Source: Eledone cirrhosa
Taxonomy: Eukaryota
DNA: 64,000 bases
Direction of reading: 5' to 3'
Assembly (NCBI GenBank): GCA_964016885.1
Contig: OZ024743.1
Span: forward strand, 239,320,001 to 239,384,000
Shown here piece by piece: positions 25,165 to 37,250 of the stretch (position 1 is the stretch's first letter; each line of letters opens with the position of its first letter). The notes below the pieces were generated by a model. The model saw only the letters and a list, made by a program, of their open reading frames with translations. It ran no database searches and had not been told where the DNA came from. Made by a program: the position numbers and the translations under genes.

Positions 25165-27730
25165 ATATACAATAAGTCAAATAGAGCAGAACGTCGCACA
25201 GCATTAATTGCAAAAGAAATTGATAAATATGATCTGGACGTCGTTGCATTATCTGAAACACGACTACGTGGAGATGACGAACTTATTGAAAGGCCATTAG
25301 GTTACACTTTCTTTAGGAAAGGTTTGCCTCAAGGACAAAGGAGAGATTCAAGTGTTAGCTTTGCAATTAAAAGCTCTATCTTAGACTATCCAAGAATTTC
25401 CAAGTGGTGTATCTGAAGGCATGATATCTTTCTGACTCCAGCTAAAAGATCGTTTCCTGACAATTGTCAGTATTTACGCACCGACAATATCCCACTCCAT
25501 TGAAAGCAATGAAACATTTTATCACGATCTCGGGAAACTGGAGCGAAAAGTTCCAAGGAAGGAGAAGCTACTCATCATGGGTGAATTTAATGCTAGAGTG
25601 GGAGTTGACGATGTAACGCGACCGATTTTTTGGAAGCAAGGCACTGGCAAATGCAACGAAAATGGACTATCTTTTCTCACATTTTGTACCGAACACCAGT
25701 TGGCTATCTCAAATGCTTTCTTCAAGAAAAAGAAAAATTTTAAAACACATGGATGCAACTTAGGTCTAAATGTTGGCACATTCATGACAATATAGTAGTT
25801 CGCAAAGCATCTATGAATGGTATCACTAGTGTCCGAGTAATAAGGGGTGCAGCATTTTGGACGGACCATAAGTTTGTTAGGGGGAAATGCAATTTCTCAA
25901 TCAGGCAAAATAATCAGAAAGATGGTGTCTGAATTACGAAAGAGAATAAACACTGCAAGCTTCCAATCCCCTATGATGTTGAAAAGTGTTCAAGGTGGAC
26001 TTATGAGCATTACTTATGAAGATAACCTTTGGTAGTTTCAGGTCTCAAGTCTATGAAGTTGCATGAGGCACTTTGGGTTTCAAATCCATGAAGGTGACTG
26101 ATTGGTTTGCTGATCATGACTTAGATATATCCAGACGTCTGCTTGAAAAGAAGAGATGTATAAACAAATTCTAGGAAAGTTCGAAAATCCCAACAAATAC
26201 AGTAAGATTAAGGCTATTAAATCAAAATTTCAGAGCACTCTTCGGCAAATGAGAGAAAATTCGTGGTACCAGAAAGCCAATGAAGCACAAGCAGCTGCAG
26301 ACTGTAAATACTCTAAAGACTTCTTTTCATATATAAAAGAGGTATTTGCTCCTAAAGCATCTGTGATATCCCCTGCAAGATCCGTTGAACGACAACAACT
26401 CTTTACAGATGTCATATCCACACAGAAATATTTGGTGCACGACTACTCTGATCTCTGATCTACTTCACAGGCCATCAAATGTGAATATGGACACAATTGA
26501 GAGAATGGACAACTTTCCATTTATCGAGAAAATGTCTTCTGAGTCTTCATAGATGACTTCACTGCAGCTGTGAAGAATTTAAATAACAATAAATCTCCCA
26601 GTATCGATGGTATCAAGTCGGAAATTTTGAAATTTGGTGGATAATGGGTGATCAAAATGCTTCACTCATTACTTTTGCATTGTTAGAGAACGGAGGAAGT
26701 ACCACAAGCATGGGTGGATGCTATTTTAATATCACTTTATAATTCTGGTCTTAAAGATTTATTTGGTAACCTTCGTGGCATATCTTTGGTATATGCTTGT
26801 GAAAAGGTAATCTCGTGCATGATTTCAGAACATCTTCACAAATTCATTGTTTCAAGGGCTGTTTCAGAACCACAGTGTGGTTTCCATCACTCTCGCGGGA
26901 CAGTTGGCATAAATTTCACTTTTCGCCAGCTACAAGAACAATGGACGGAGCAAATATGGAGTTGTATCACTGCGTTCGTCACTGTTAACAGGTCAGCATT
27001 GTGGTTGCTGAAAAAGTTTAACTGTCCTGGAAAGTTTGTGAACATGATTAAAGCCCTCCATAAAAGTATGAAGGCCCGTATTAAATTTGGTGGTATTCTT
27101 TCAGAATCATTCGCATTGGAAAATGAAGAGGGCGAGCTTGAAACAGAAACATTCTTCGCCATCTATTATGTGGAGATGCTGTCAAATGCATTGCAACATC
27201 AAGAGACGGAGCCATCAACAGACGGAGTCTTCATCAGATATCGCTCTTCAGGCAATGTGTTCAATTTGACTAGAATGAGATTCAACACTAAATTCTTCAC
27301 CTCTTTGATCCGTGAACGTATATATGCAGATGACTGCGACTTTATAAGTCGCACTGAGGCGGGCCTTCTAAACCTGACAAATGATTTCGACACTGCTTGT
27401 GATATGTCCGGTCTTATAATTAATCTGAAAAATATTGTTGTAATTCATCGGCCTGCTCCTGGAGAGCTGACAACTGCACCTCGATTCCACGTTAAGGGGA
27501 CAATGCAAAAAACGGTGACTTCCTTTGAATACCTTGGTAGTAGCATGCAGGCTGATAGTAAATTGAATACTGAAATGACATTTCGCATACAAAAGGCAGC
27601 AAAAGCTGTTGGTGGACTAGAAATTAAAATCTGGTCACAACGTAACATTATATTGAAGCCTAAGATTGGTGTATATGTCTCAATAGTACTCTCCGTACTA
27701 TTGTATTCATCCGAGACGTTGTACACTGAT
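25165..27730 (+). mobile_element. Decayed RTE (BovB-like) LINE: APE endonuclease plus RT
   Basis: ERRTALIAKEIDKYDLDVVALSETRL, MGEFNARVG, WTDH, KSPSIDGI, RGISL, QCGF..RGT, YADDCDF, FEYLGS, LLYSSET. Many stops and frameshifts. Confidence 0.9.
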
Positions 27731-27849
27731 GATGAGGAAGGTATTTATGCATATATATATATATTTTTTTTTTAATATATATATTATATATATATATATA
27801 TATATTATTTAAACACACACACAGACACACACATATATATATATATACT

Positions 27850-27922
<73 letters not shown>

Positions 27923-28019
27923 GTAAGTATATATATATATACACACACACAAACACACGCACACATATACGAGCGCGCACACACACGCACACATATACAC
28001 ATATATTTATATATACGTC

Positions 28020-28365
28020 GTCTTTGTATTTCTTTTGCAAGATTTTTTATCTGAAAATGTGTGGAGATGATATCCACACAGAGATAGAACAAATAATCGA
28101 CTAATGAGAAGTAAATAAACGCATAAATAAAATAAATAGAACTACATACACACCTGATATGACACATGTGCAACCCAAGTAAACAGCACACAACACACAC
28201 ACATAATTTGTCACTGGTGAGGTCAGATAATGTGTGACGAAAGAGCTTTGACAATAAATACACAACCCTCCAATTATTATACCAACCAACTGGTAATTTG
28301 TAATAAATTGAAGTGAAAACAGTTGCGTGTTTATTGGCAGCATGACTTTCCCAAAGTATAACAAT
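28020..28365 (+). mobile_element. ORF-less HHR-bearing mini-element (same family as 34430-35100, 47045-47203, 59605)
   Basis: Shared terminus ttattggca(g/a)catgac..tcccaaagtataacaa. HHR at 28208-28254: ttgtca CTGGTGA ggtca..tgac GAAA gagc TT tgacaa. Confidence 0.7.
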
Positions 28366-28494
28366 ATATTTTAAGTTAAGGCCTCCGTCGGTCAAGGCTG
28401 ACCGTACGTAAACAATATATATGTATGTATATATATATACTCTACTACAAATCTGATAGAAATATCCATGGAAAAGCGTACTCAGTCCATAGGA

Positions 28495-29590
28495 CAGGTT
28501 AAGTATAGTTAGTTACAACAGTGACACATACTTAGATGTTGCTGAGTTATACATCCCAGCTCATCCAAACTGTTATATAAACAAGGCAGCACCCTATTAC
28601 AACTCAACTCTTAGCAACTGCGGCTTCTCCGAAAGAATCACTTACTCTCCAGATCACCGCCCTCCATTTAGCAAGAAAAAAACTGAACATAAAACCGTGG
28701 TTTGCTTCTCGCCACCATTCACACTAAATATGAAGACCAACGTAGGTAGAACATTTCTAGTCCTCCTAGACCTTCTCTTCCCCGTAGGCCATAAATACAG
28801 ACAAATATTCAATCGCTATGCAATGAAAATAGACTACTATTGTATCAGAAGCATAAAATCCCACATAACCAGCAAACGCAAATGCATTCTCCCTTTCAGA
28901 GGCTCATACAGAAGGCCAGAGGCATGCCCAATGGATCAGCAGTGCAACACTCCAGTGGGGGTATATCAAGTAAAAGTGACTCCACTAACCAGAACCACCA
29001 ATCTGAAACCTAGACGTATATTGGAATGTCTGAGAGACGGGTCAAAAGCTGGTACATGAACCACAACCTTCAGACATCCTGACATACTACTCATCTCGCG
29101 AACACTGTGTGGCACCTCAAAAATGACGGCACAGCGTTCACTCTTAGATGGAGGATACTAGAAAAATCCACCCCTATGTCAATGGGACAAAGTTTTGCCA
29201 GCTGTGTAACGCGAAAAAGTAGATTTTACTCTCGCAACTGGCTTCAGAGAAACATTGATAATACACCCACCCGACTGCTGTAGTCACTGTCCAGACGAAG
29301 TAAAATTTATTCTAAAAATACGGTATGGATAAAATTAACTAAATTTATTTTCTGCAACATTGTAGCTCTAATTTAGCACAACACAAGTTCCCCCCTTTTG
29401 GTTGTTTTAAAACTTACCTCCCTTTACATTATTTAAGGGATGTGTCTATTTGTCTATTTGTGTATTTTCTAAAAACTCTTTTGTGGAGTTGTGGTGGTAG
29501 CCATCTTTGTTTATATAATAGGCTGACTAAGTCGGGTTGTATTACCCAACGAAACTAAATAACTGTATATGTCACTTTTGTAACTAATTA
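28495..29590 (+). mobile_element. Penelope-like (Naiad-type) GIY-YIG fragment with short inverted 5' pLTR piece
   Basis: FSPPFTLNMKTNVGRTFL..LFP..HKYRQIFNR, CPMDQQC..VYQ, CQLCN. ~28508-28531 is the inverse of ~29565-29588. Degenerate HHR at ~29513-29570. Confidence 0.75.
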
Positions 29591-29600
29591 TATATATATG

Positions 29601-29760
29601 TATAATAATAAAAGGACGATTATTATGTCTTCAATACGTTTATTGAGTAGTGACGCGTGTTTCGCTATTGTTCAGCTCAATTGAGCTGATCAATAGCGAA
29701 ACGCGCGACACTACTCAATAAGCGTAATGAAGACATAATAATCATCCTTTTATTATTATA
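29601..29760. repeat. 160-bp palindrome made of two hammerhead 3' halves
   Basis: Axis 29680/29681 (ctcaattgag). Arms read caatagc GAAAC (g/a)cgc G(T/A)C actactc aataa. Related half-copy at 35165-35237. Confidence 0.85.
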
Positions 29761-31029
29761 ATTACAATTTGTTTAGTTCTACACCTCTTTAGAGACTGGA
29801 AACTACGCATCGAGTGCTCACTCGGGTGAACCTACGGTAACTGCACGTTACATTCCCTAGATGCATATGTATGTATGCATGTATGTTCCTTCACAAACCA
29901 CACAGACACATACAAAAGCAATAATGCACACCCGCGAAATGTATCCCATCTGCACACACATCTATGTCACACCTGAACCTTCCATTGCGGCACCACCACC
30001 GCTCGCCGGACTACTCGCCTTCCCTTCACAGACTTCTCAATGTTTCTCTCCAGTCTCCGTCATTTCAACCTTTTACTCTCTCTGTAGATGTTCACAATGA
30101 CAGGTGTTTAAAAGGTGATGGGCGGACATGGGTCGAACATCGATAAAAGAGTGTCAATCAGGTGTAGTCTCATGTGATTATTTCCATCTGATTTTCTTTA
30201 AATAAAGCTTGATTTCGTTGTATGATTTTTAAAAGAGCTGTTATCAATCTCAAGCAAATCAACTCAAATGTCTCTACAAGGAAACCCATTAAAACAACTC
30301 TAACCAATTCCACTCCATGATGAGCTGAAAAACCAACAACTACTCCGACTTCAGCTCTATCATCTCAACAAGGCATTTAGGTTTACATTTATAGATATGT
30401 ACGTGCAATTTCATTTATCATCATCCAGTGATAAAGACCAATATATAAACCATAATCATAATTCATCTTCAGTAGTTTATGCGCATTTACATTAATATAT
30501 AAGTAGTGAAATATGTTACGAATAATATTCAGCACAATTATTTATATACATGACTGATAATAATGGGTTAATAAATAAGCAGGATTTCAGATATTTGGAT
30601 TTAATTTCATTAAATATACGTCACTTCTTCAATATAAAAATGTCTTCAATGTAATAACTCTTTGTGTTATCCACCTATTAATAAAACATGTATCCATATT
30701 ATGTTACTCTATGAAGTATTACTTGTATAACAAGCAGTCAAACTATATTATTTGCTTAAGATAAAATCATCGGATTGACACGAGCTGATTATTGTAGTCC
30801 AAAATTCGATAAATATGTAAACTTAACATTAAGTACACATAACAACGGTGCCAAAATTATATATATATACAATATATATACATATATATATATACAATAT
30901 ATATACACATATATATATATATATACATATACATAGACACACACACACACACACACTCACACATACACACACACATACACACACTCATACACATACACAC
31001 ATACACACATACACTTACATATATATAAT

Positions 31030-33400
31030 CATCTTGGCGTGCTGATTGCGCGGATTGCCATGATTATCGGGCTCAGTCATTCATTGCTCGAGGCAGGTCC
31101 ACAAGATGGTACAGAGTATCTTCACAAAGCTGTTTTATGTAGGTTCTGGGACATCTGCTCACGTTGGTATACCTGTGCTTTAGTGCCATAGTAATACATC
31201 ACGGAAAAGTTCATCCTTTCCTCTCTAGCAGTGACCCTGGATCTGGTTCGTTTCTTTCGTATGGTATAAAAGGTTGCAGATATTATGCGTAATGTGTTTT
31301 TGTAGGGTGCTGTATCTAGGATATGTTTAAAGCCACTGTGAGCATTATCTTATATATTCCTTCAAGTTTCCTCTTAGGTCGCGTCATGGGTGTCCGCGCA
31401 GTCCAAGTGTACAACAGGATTGACTCCAATGTCGCTTGGAAAAATTTACCTTTTATTTTCTTTGGGAGCTTCAATTGCCGGTTTTTATTCTGCTTATCCA
31501 AGACACCTCAATCTTCACATATGCATGTGTTTACTTCACTTTAGATGAAACCTTGTTTCGAGATCTTGCTTCCAAGTAAAATGAACTAGTCAACGGTTTT
31601 CAGAGGTTTTCCGGCTTGTGAATATATACAGACACCACTAGTGTAACATATGTATTCAGTCTTGTTTGTATTTGCATAGTCTGATACCTCTAGCAGCTCT
31701 CTCGAAACTGTATAGCAGGGATTCTTCTTCATGTGCTGTATCCGATATCATTGTAAGATCATCTGCATGGTCAGTATCGGTAATAATATCAAGCGGGTAG
31801 CGTTTACTTCTCGCTATTTTCGGATTGAAGCCATTCTCTTTCATTTAGTCAACTGACGTTCGATGTCCATAATACAGACAGATTATGAATATGCATGAAA
31901 CTGCAGCACGCCAGTAACGATGTCGCAAAATTCTGTGTCAGCATCTGAAGATCGTAGTATGACTTTCGTAACTTTGTACATCATCATTATTTCACTCAGT
32001 TTCTTTTGCTATGCTATATGCCAAGAGTATATCTTTCATTTTACCTCAGTGTATTAAGTCTAAATCCTTCGAGAAGTCAACAAAGAGGGAAAATGCTTTG
32101 AGATTTCTTTCTTGTACTGCTAGAATTCACCGACATGACGTAGGTCTGTTCTTGCAGAAACCATTTTGGTTCTTTCTGAGCTTGCTTTCAACCCCAGACT
32201 GCAGACGTTTGAGTATCATTGCATTATGAATAATTGGCAGCAATAGCTGTATGTGAAATTCTTCTATAATTATTTTCATGTAATTCGCAATATGGGTATG
32301 ATGGTAAATATTATTCCAGAGTCGCTGAAGGATGCCATAAACTTTCGCGTCTTGCATGCGTCGGAAGAAATTTTGTCCAGTCCAGCTGCCTTTATGTTCG
32401 CCACTGACTTCGTAACTACTCCAGTTCGTCATTAGAGAATGCTCCAAACCGAATGTCCAATTGATTTTCGATTGTATTAGTTGATGTCTCATGTAGCTTT
32501 CCAAGATGATTTTTTAAGTGAACACTATCTCACTTGCAGTTTTTAGCTTGGTCTTTGGCGAGCCTTTTCTATCACTAATATCGTTTATCGTCTTCCAAAC
32601 TATTGATGATTGTTTGTTTTCATCAGAACACTTGATCGTGTTCTATTTTTCTTTGCATATAATCCTCTTGCTACTTTTAGTAACGAGAGGAAAGTTCTTT
32701 CCATGCATCGGTGAACTTCCTGATTAAACTGCATCTCATCAGTTCAGATGTTTTTTCTCAATAGCCGCATTTGATTTATATGGTCCGCTGTGTTTGACTT
32801 TTGGCTTGATCAGAATACTCTCAATAGCAACTTTCTTGTGTGCGTTGATAGCGTAGTCCTCTCTGAGAGATTTAGCAGGACTTCAAACCTGAATTTCAAA
32901 CTCAGTACGTACTCCTTGCACTTGACTGGCTTTACAAGCGACGCCCAATTGTTTTTTTGTTTTTTTTTTGCTTACTTTTTGTTTCTTCGTAGAATGTATC
33001 TAATGTTAGCTGAGACTATTTTGTGGTAAAATAAAGCATTGCTTATTATGTTAAAACGCTTCGCAGTTCACCCACTTCTTATTCACGAGTAGCTAGTCCA
33101 ACTGCGCTTTGGAGCCGTTGGTATGTGAGATAATCCACAATTTGACCGTTGGCTTTTGATATCGCATGTTTAGGCATATTAGTCAATTTTCTGCATTGAG
33201 GTCATTCAGATATTCACGATCCCTATTTGTTGTATTATGGAAGCTGTATTTTGTTATTCCGGTTTGAACACAGCCAATTTCTTCAAGAGAGAAGAGAGAA
33301 TGATAGAGAAGAAGAGAATATTCATATAGAAGAATAGTCATGCCTAGTAGTGCTCTGGCACTTCTCATCCATATGCAGAGTATGAAAAGTAACTGTTGAT
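31030..33400 (-). mobile_element. Decayed RTE-clade LINE
   Basis: Minus-strand fragments KLRKNQNGFCKNRPT, ITDTDHADDL, FFQATLESILLY, MLTVALNIS. Endonuclease remnants at ~33050-33380. Confidence 0.8.
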
Positions 33401-33988
33401 CTCAGTGGATTTTAAACTCTGAGAGCAGGTTCCTGGTTCGACTCCACAAACATTCTATCCTCCGTTCTAACAACTCTGCCAAAACATAAACGAATATGTA
33501 TGTCTCCATAAATACAAGAGTCCACCGAGAATAAAGCGAATGAAAGGAAAATAGTAAAGGCAGACAGGAAAAGAAAGAAACATGAACATTGAATTAAAAA
33601 GAAAACTGTAATAGAGGCTGCAGACACAAAAGATTATTGCGAAACCGTCTTCACTGTGTAATGAAATAATGCAAATAAAGATAGATAAAACCAACACAAG
33701 AAGGATGCAGTAAGATTTCCGAAACAGAAAAAGAAAAAGGAAACGAATCATAACTTAATTTCGCTCGTAAGTTATAGCTTTAACTAAGATTACTGAAAAG
33801 TACAAAGCAACATTGCACTAATATGTGTGTACTTGTTTGTTGGTATGCGTAGTTGCATGTGTGTTGTGTATGTATGCATATATATATATATATATATCTA
33901 TATATATATATATATATATATATAGTGGTAGAACACTGGAAGGTAATATCCGTAGTGGTAGAGCACTCAGTCCATGGGACGAGTTAGG

Positions 33989-34182
33989 TAGAGGTGGTTA
34001 CACAACAGTTAGTTCACCATACCGAGAACAATTGTTTCACCTTAGCGGATCCTCAGCTCGTAATAGACGTGGTTATACGGAACAGCTGTTCCGTATAACC
34101 ATGTCCATTACGATCTGAGGATCCGCTAAGGTGAAACAATTGTTCTCGGTATGGTGAACTAACTGTTGTGTAACCACTTCTA
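33989..34182. repeat. 194-bp palindrome carrying two divergent hammerheads, nested in a second inverted repeat (33823-33877 / 34203-34256)
   Basis: Axis 34085/34086. HHRs at 34023-34060 (-) and 34111-34148 (+): cga(g/t) CTGAGGA tccgctaaggt GAAA caattg TT ctcg. Confidence 0.85.
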
Positions 34183-34592
34183 TATGTATAAATATATATA
34201 TACATACATACACAACACACATGCAACTACGCATACCAACAAACAAGTACACACATAAGTATGCATATATATATATATATGCATGTATATATAAATATAT
34301 ATATATATATGTATATATAAATATATATGTATATATATATTTATATATATATATATGTATATATATATATTTCGTTTCTGAATTTGTTTAGCAAGATTCT
34401 TTATCTGAAATCGTGTGTTGAAACCGATATTGTTATAATTTGGGAGGGTCATGTTGCCAATAAGAAACACACGCACCAGTAGCTTTCACTTCAATTTATT
34501 ATATATTTATAAATTTATAAATTTACAAATCTACAAACTTATAAATTTCTGGTTGGTTGGTTGGTTCCACAACCAGATAGTTGTTTATATAT

Positions 34593-34637
34593 AGTCATAG
34601 TCCTTTCGTCACACACTCTGTGACCTCTTCAGTGACT
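34593..34637 (-). ncRNA. Type-I hammerhead ribozyme (intact core)
   Basis: agtca CTGAAGA ggtcaca-gagtg-tgtgac GAAA ggac TA tgact. Confidence 0.75.
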
Positions 34638-34892
34638 GGGGATTCCTTTCTTTGTTTCCGTGCCTTTCCTTTCTTCTGTCCTACGCCATTTTGTTTCTGT
34701 GTGTGTGTTGTGTGCTCAGTTTGCGCATGCGCCACATCCGGGTGTCAGTGTGTGTTTGTGTTCATTTATCTATTTGTTTATTTATTTACCGGATGTGGCG
34801 CATGCGCAAACTGAGCACACAACACACACACAGAAACAAAATGGCGTAGGACAGAAGAAAGGAAAGGCACGGAAACAAAGAAAGGAATCCCC

Positions 34893-34937
34893 AGTCACTG
34901 AAGAGGTCACAGAGTGTGTGACGAAAGGACTATGACT
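34893..34937 (+). ncRNA. Type-I hammerhead ribozyme (intact core)
   Basis: agtca CTGAAGA ggtcaca-gagtg-tgtgac GAAA ggac TA tgact. Stem I covaries with 28208 (tgtca/tgaca). Confidence 0.78.
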
Positions 34938-35095
34938 ATATATAAACAACTATCTGGTTGTGGAACCAACCAACCAACCAGAAATTTATAAGTTTGTAGA
35001 TTTGTAAATTTATAAATTTATAAATATATAATAAATTGAAGTGAAAGCAACTGGTGCATGTGTTTCTTATTGGCAACATGACCCTCCCAAAGTAT

Positions 35096-35159
<64 letters not shown>

Positions 35160-35161
<2 letters not shown>

Positions 35162-35540
35162 TAATAAGTATGGACGAGGTCAAATTTTCATTAAGTTTAT
35201 TGGGGTGTGACGCGTGTATTGCCATTGATCAGCTCAAGGTGCAATCTATTCAAGGTTCAATCTATATCGATTGGGCCCGACTCTGGAATCTAAAGCTTAT
35301 CAGATTTCTGCTAGGTGACAGAAATGTTATTCCATATAAGTCATTCCGGTCTGATGGTAAAATCCTGCCCAGTATTCTCCTGATCATTGTGCATGTGGTT
35401 GTTTATAAGCCAAATAGTGGGGTTTTTATCAAAGTTATGTTTGTGATCTTTGAGAGCAAAGTGTGGGGGTTTCAGTCCGTTAATTAATTTTAACATTTGT
35501 ACGGGTAACATGAAGGGCTTTGTCACTTGCTCTATATTTT
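35160..35540 (-). mobile_element. Penelope-like RT fragment fused to a pLTR 3' end
   Basis: LKDHKHNFDKNPTIWLIN is the PLE RT motif KDHKxNFxxxPxxRLIN. 35165-35237 resembles one arm of the 29601 palindrome. Confidence 0.65.
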
Positions 35541-36793
35541 TTTAAATTAGAAAATATAATTCCACTTCTTCGTAACAATTCTTGTATCTTACTTTCTAAA
35601 ACTTTCAGATTGTATCTATCTATCTATCTACCTATCTCGGATTCTGTCTAACACGTGGAAAACGCGCTGGTGAGTTAATGTTTTAATTTCATTGGAAATT
35701 GCATGAACTGAATCTACATTCTTACACCATTTTGTAGATACGAGTAAGCTGCCACCCTACACTTTGTAGGTGGTAGCAACCCCAAATAATAAGCCCATCA
35801 GAGCGAAAAACGGAGAAATTCCACAAAATTTCTACCGGAATTATGAATATAGCCAAAATGGCCAAATTCTTTGACCTTATCTTCACAAAAATCACATCAG
35901 AGATTTGTGGAGATGGGCTGTTAATATCACCTTCCACAGCACTAGTAGCAGGTGAAGGCTGCCTGCCTGCTGCTATCACCAACAACAACAACAGTAACAA
36001 CAACAGCAACAAAAACAACAACATCAAAACTGTCAGCCAACAATTAGACAGAGGTGGGGGAGGGACGGTAAAAGTGTCAAGCCAACAAGCAGCTCGCACC
36101 GCCTCATTGAAACACTTCGATATGTTTAAAACCCAACCTAACAACAACACCAGTACCACCAACACGAAAACTGTGAATGGCCCAAACCAAAACAACGCCA
36201 TCAACAACAACAGTGACAACGAGAACAAGAAGAACAATGACAATAAAACCACAACCAACAACAACAACAACAACAACACCAACAACGGAAAAAACGAAAA
36301 CAACAACAACAATAAGAACAATAATATCAACAACAAGACCAATAACTGCAACAAGGAAGTAAACGACAAAATATCATTTGCGCAAACCGTAAAGAAAACG
36401 GTAAGCTACACTCCGGTAGATATTTCAAATGCAAATGAGCTTTTGAATAACGCCAGACAATATGTAACTTTTGGGGAGGGCGGATCATTCTCCATAAACC
36501 CTCCCCCAGATTTGCGAAGAGAAGCTGCCTTGAAACTGTGATTTTCAGGACAATCTCAAACAAAACACGAAAACCGACTCAACTTTCGCAAGGCGAATTT
36601 GAGTTGGCTTTAAAAAATGCCTTAAAAGACATTGCTTTTATTCAGAAGGGTAGACTCTACGGGAGTTTAACCATTCTAATGAAAGACCAATTGACGGCAC
36701 AGAAATATTCTCTGTCGCCAATTGTGTCACCGCTGTTCACCTTTTCCCCACTTACATGGGGACAAGAACACAGAAAATAAAAATCCAAAGTAT

Positions 36794-37019
36794 TTTAGCA
36801 GTATTAGTTGTAGATGTTATCGAGATGCAAGTGACATAATAACAGCAGAAATTAGAGATGAAATATACGTTTATTTTTTGTTGTAGCACAAACAATGGTG
36901 TTGTACAGAGGCTGGTATCTGGCGTGTGATCCGTCGGCTTTCCAGTGGCTGTCTGTCTTTTCTTTCTGGCGTTCTCAACCGGCGTTGTTCTATCAAGGAG
37001 CGTGAGGCGTCTTACTACA
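36794..37019 (-). repeat. 3' LTR
   Basis: Appears identical to 41490-41715. On the minus strand it begins TGTAG and ends ...GCTAAA. Confidence 0.92.
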
Positions 37020-37250
37020 GTACCTCGAGCCAGATTTTCAAATTATCGAAAATCGATGTCATTACTCACATGTGGAGTAAGATGGCGAACAATGCAACAA
37101 GGGGGAGCTATCCGCTCTAGCAAAAATTGAATCCAGAATAAGGATTTGAAAAATGCTAAAAAAAAAAAAACGACATGCATGCATAAAAAAAAACAAGGCA
37201 AAGAAAAAGCAGAAACACAGAGGCCAAAAAAAAGGTGCAGCTAACATAGT

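Larger units (their letters stand above)
34430..35100. mobile_element. ORF-less fold-back element: ~310-bp inverted arms, each with a hammerhead
   Basis: 34430-34741 is the reverse complement of 34789-35100 with a few mismatches. Flanked by (TA)n. Confidence 0.85.

Noticed and set aside
30060-30175. Polypyrimidine tract plus AG suggesting a host exon
   Set aside because: No recognisable protein motif or partner exons; unsupported without RNA-seq.
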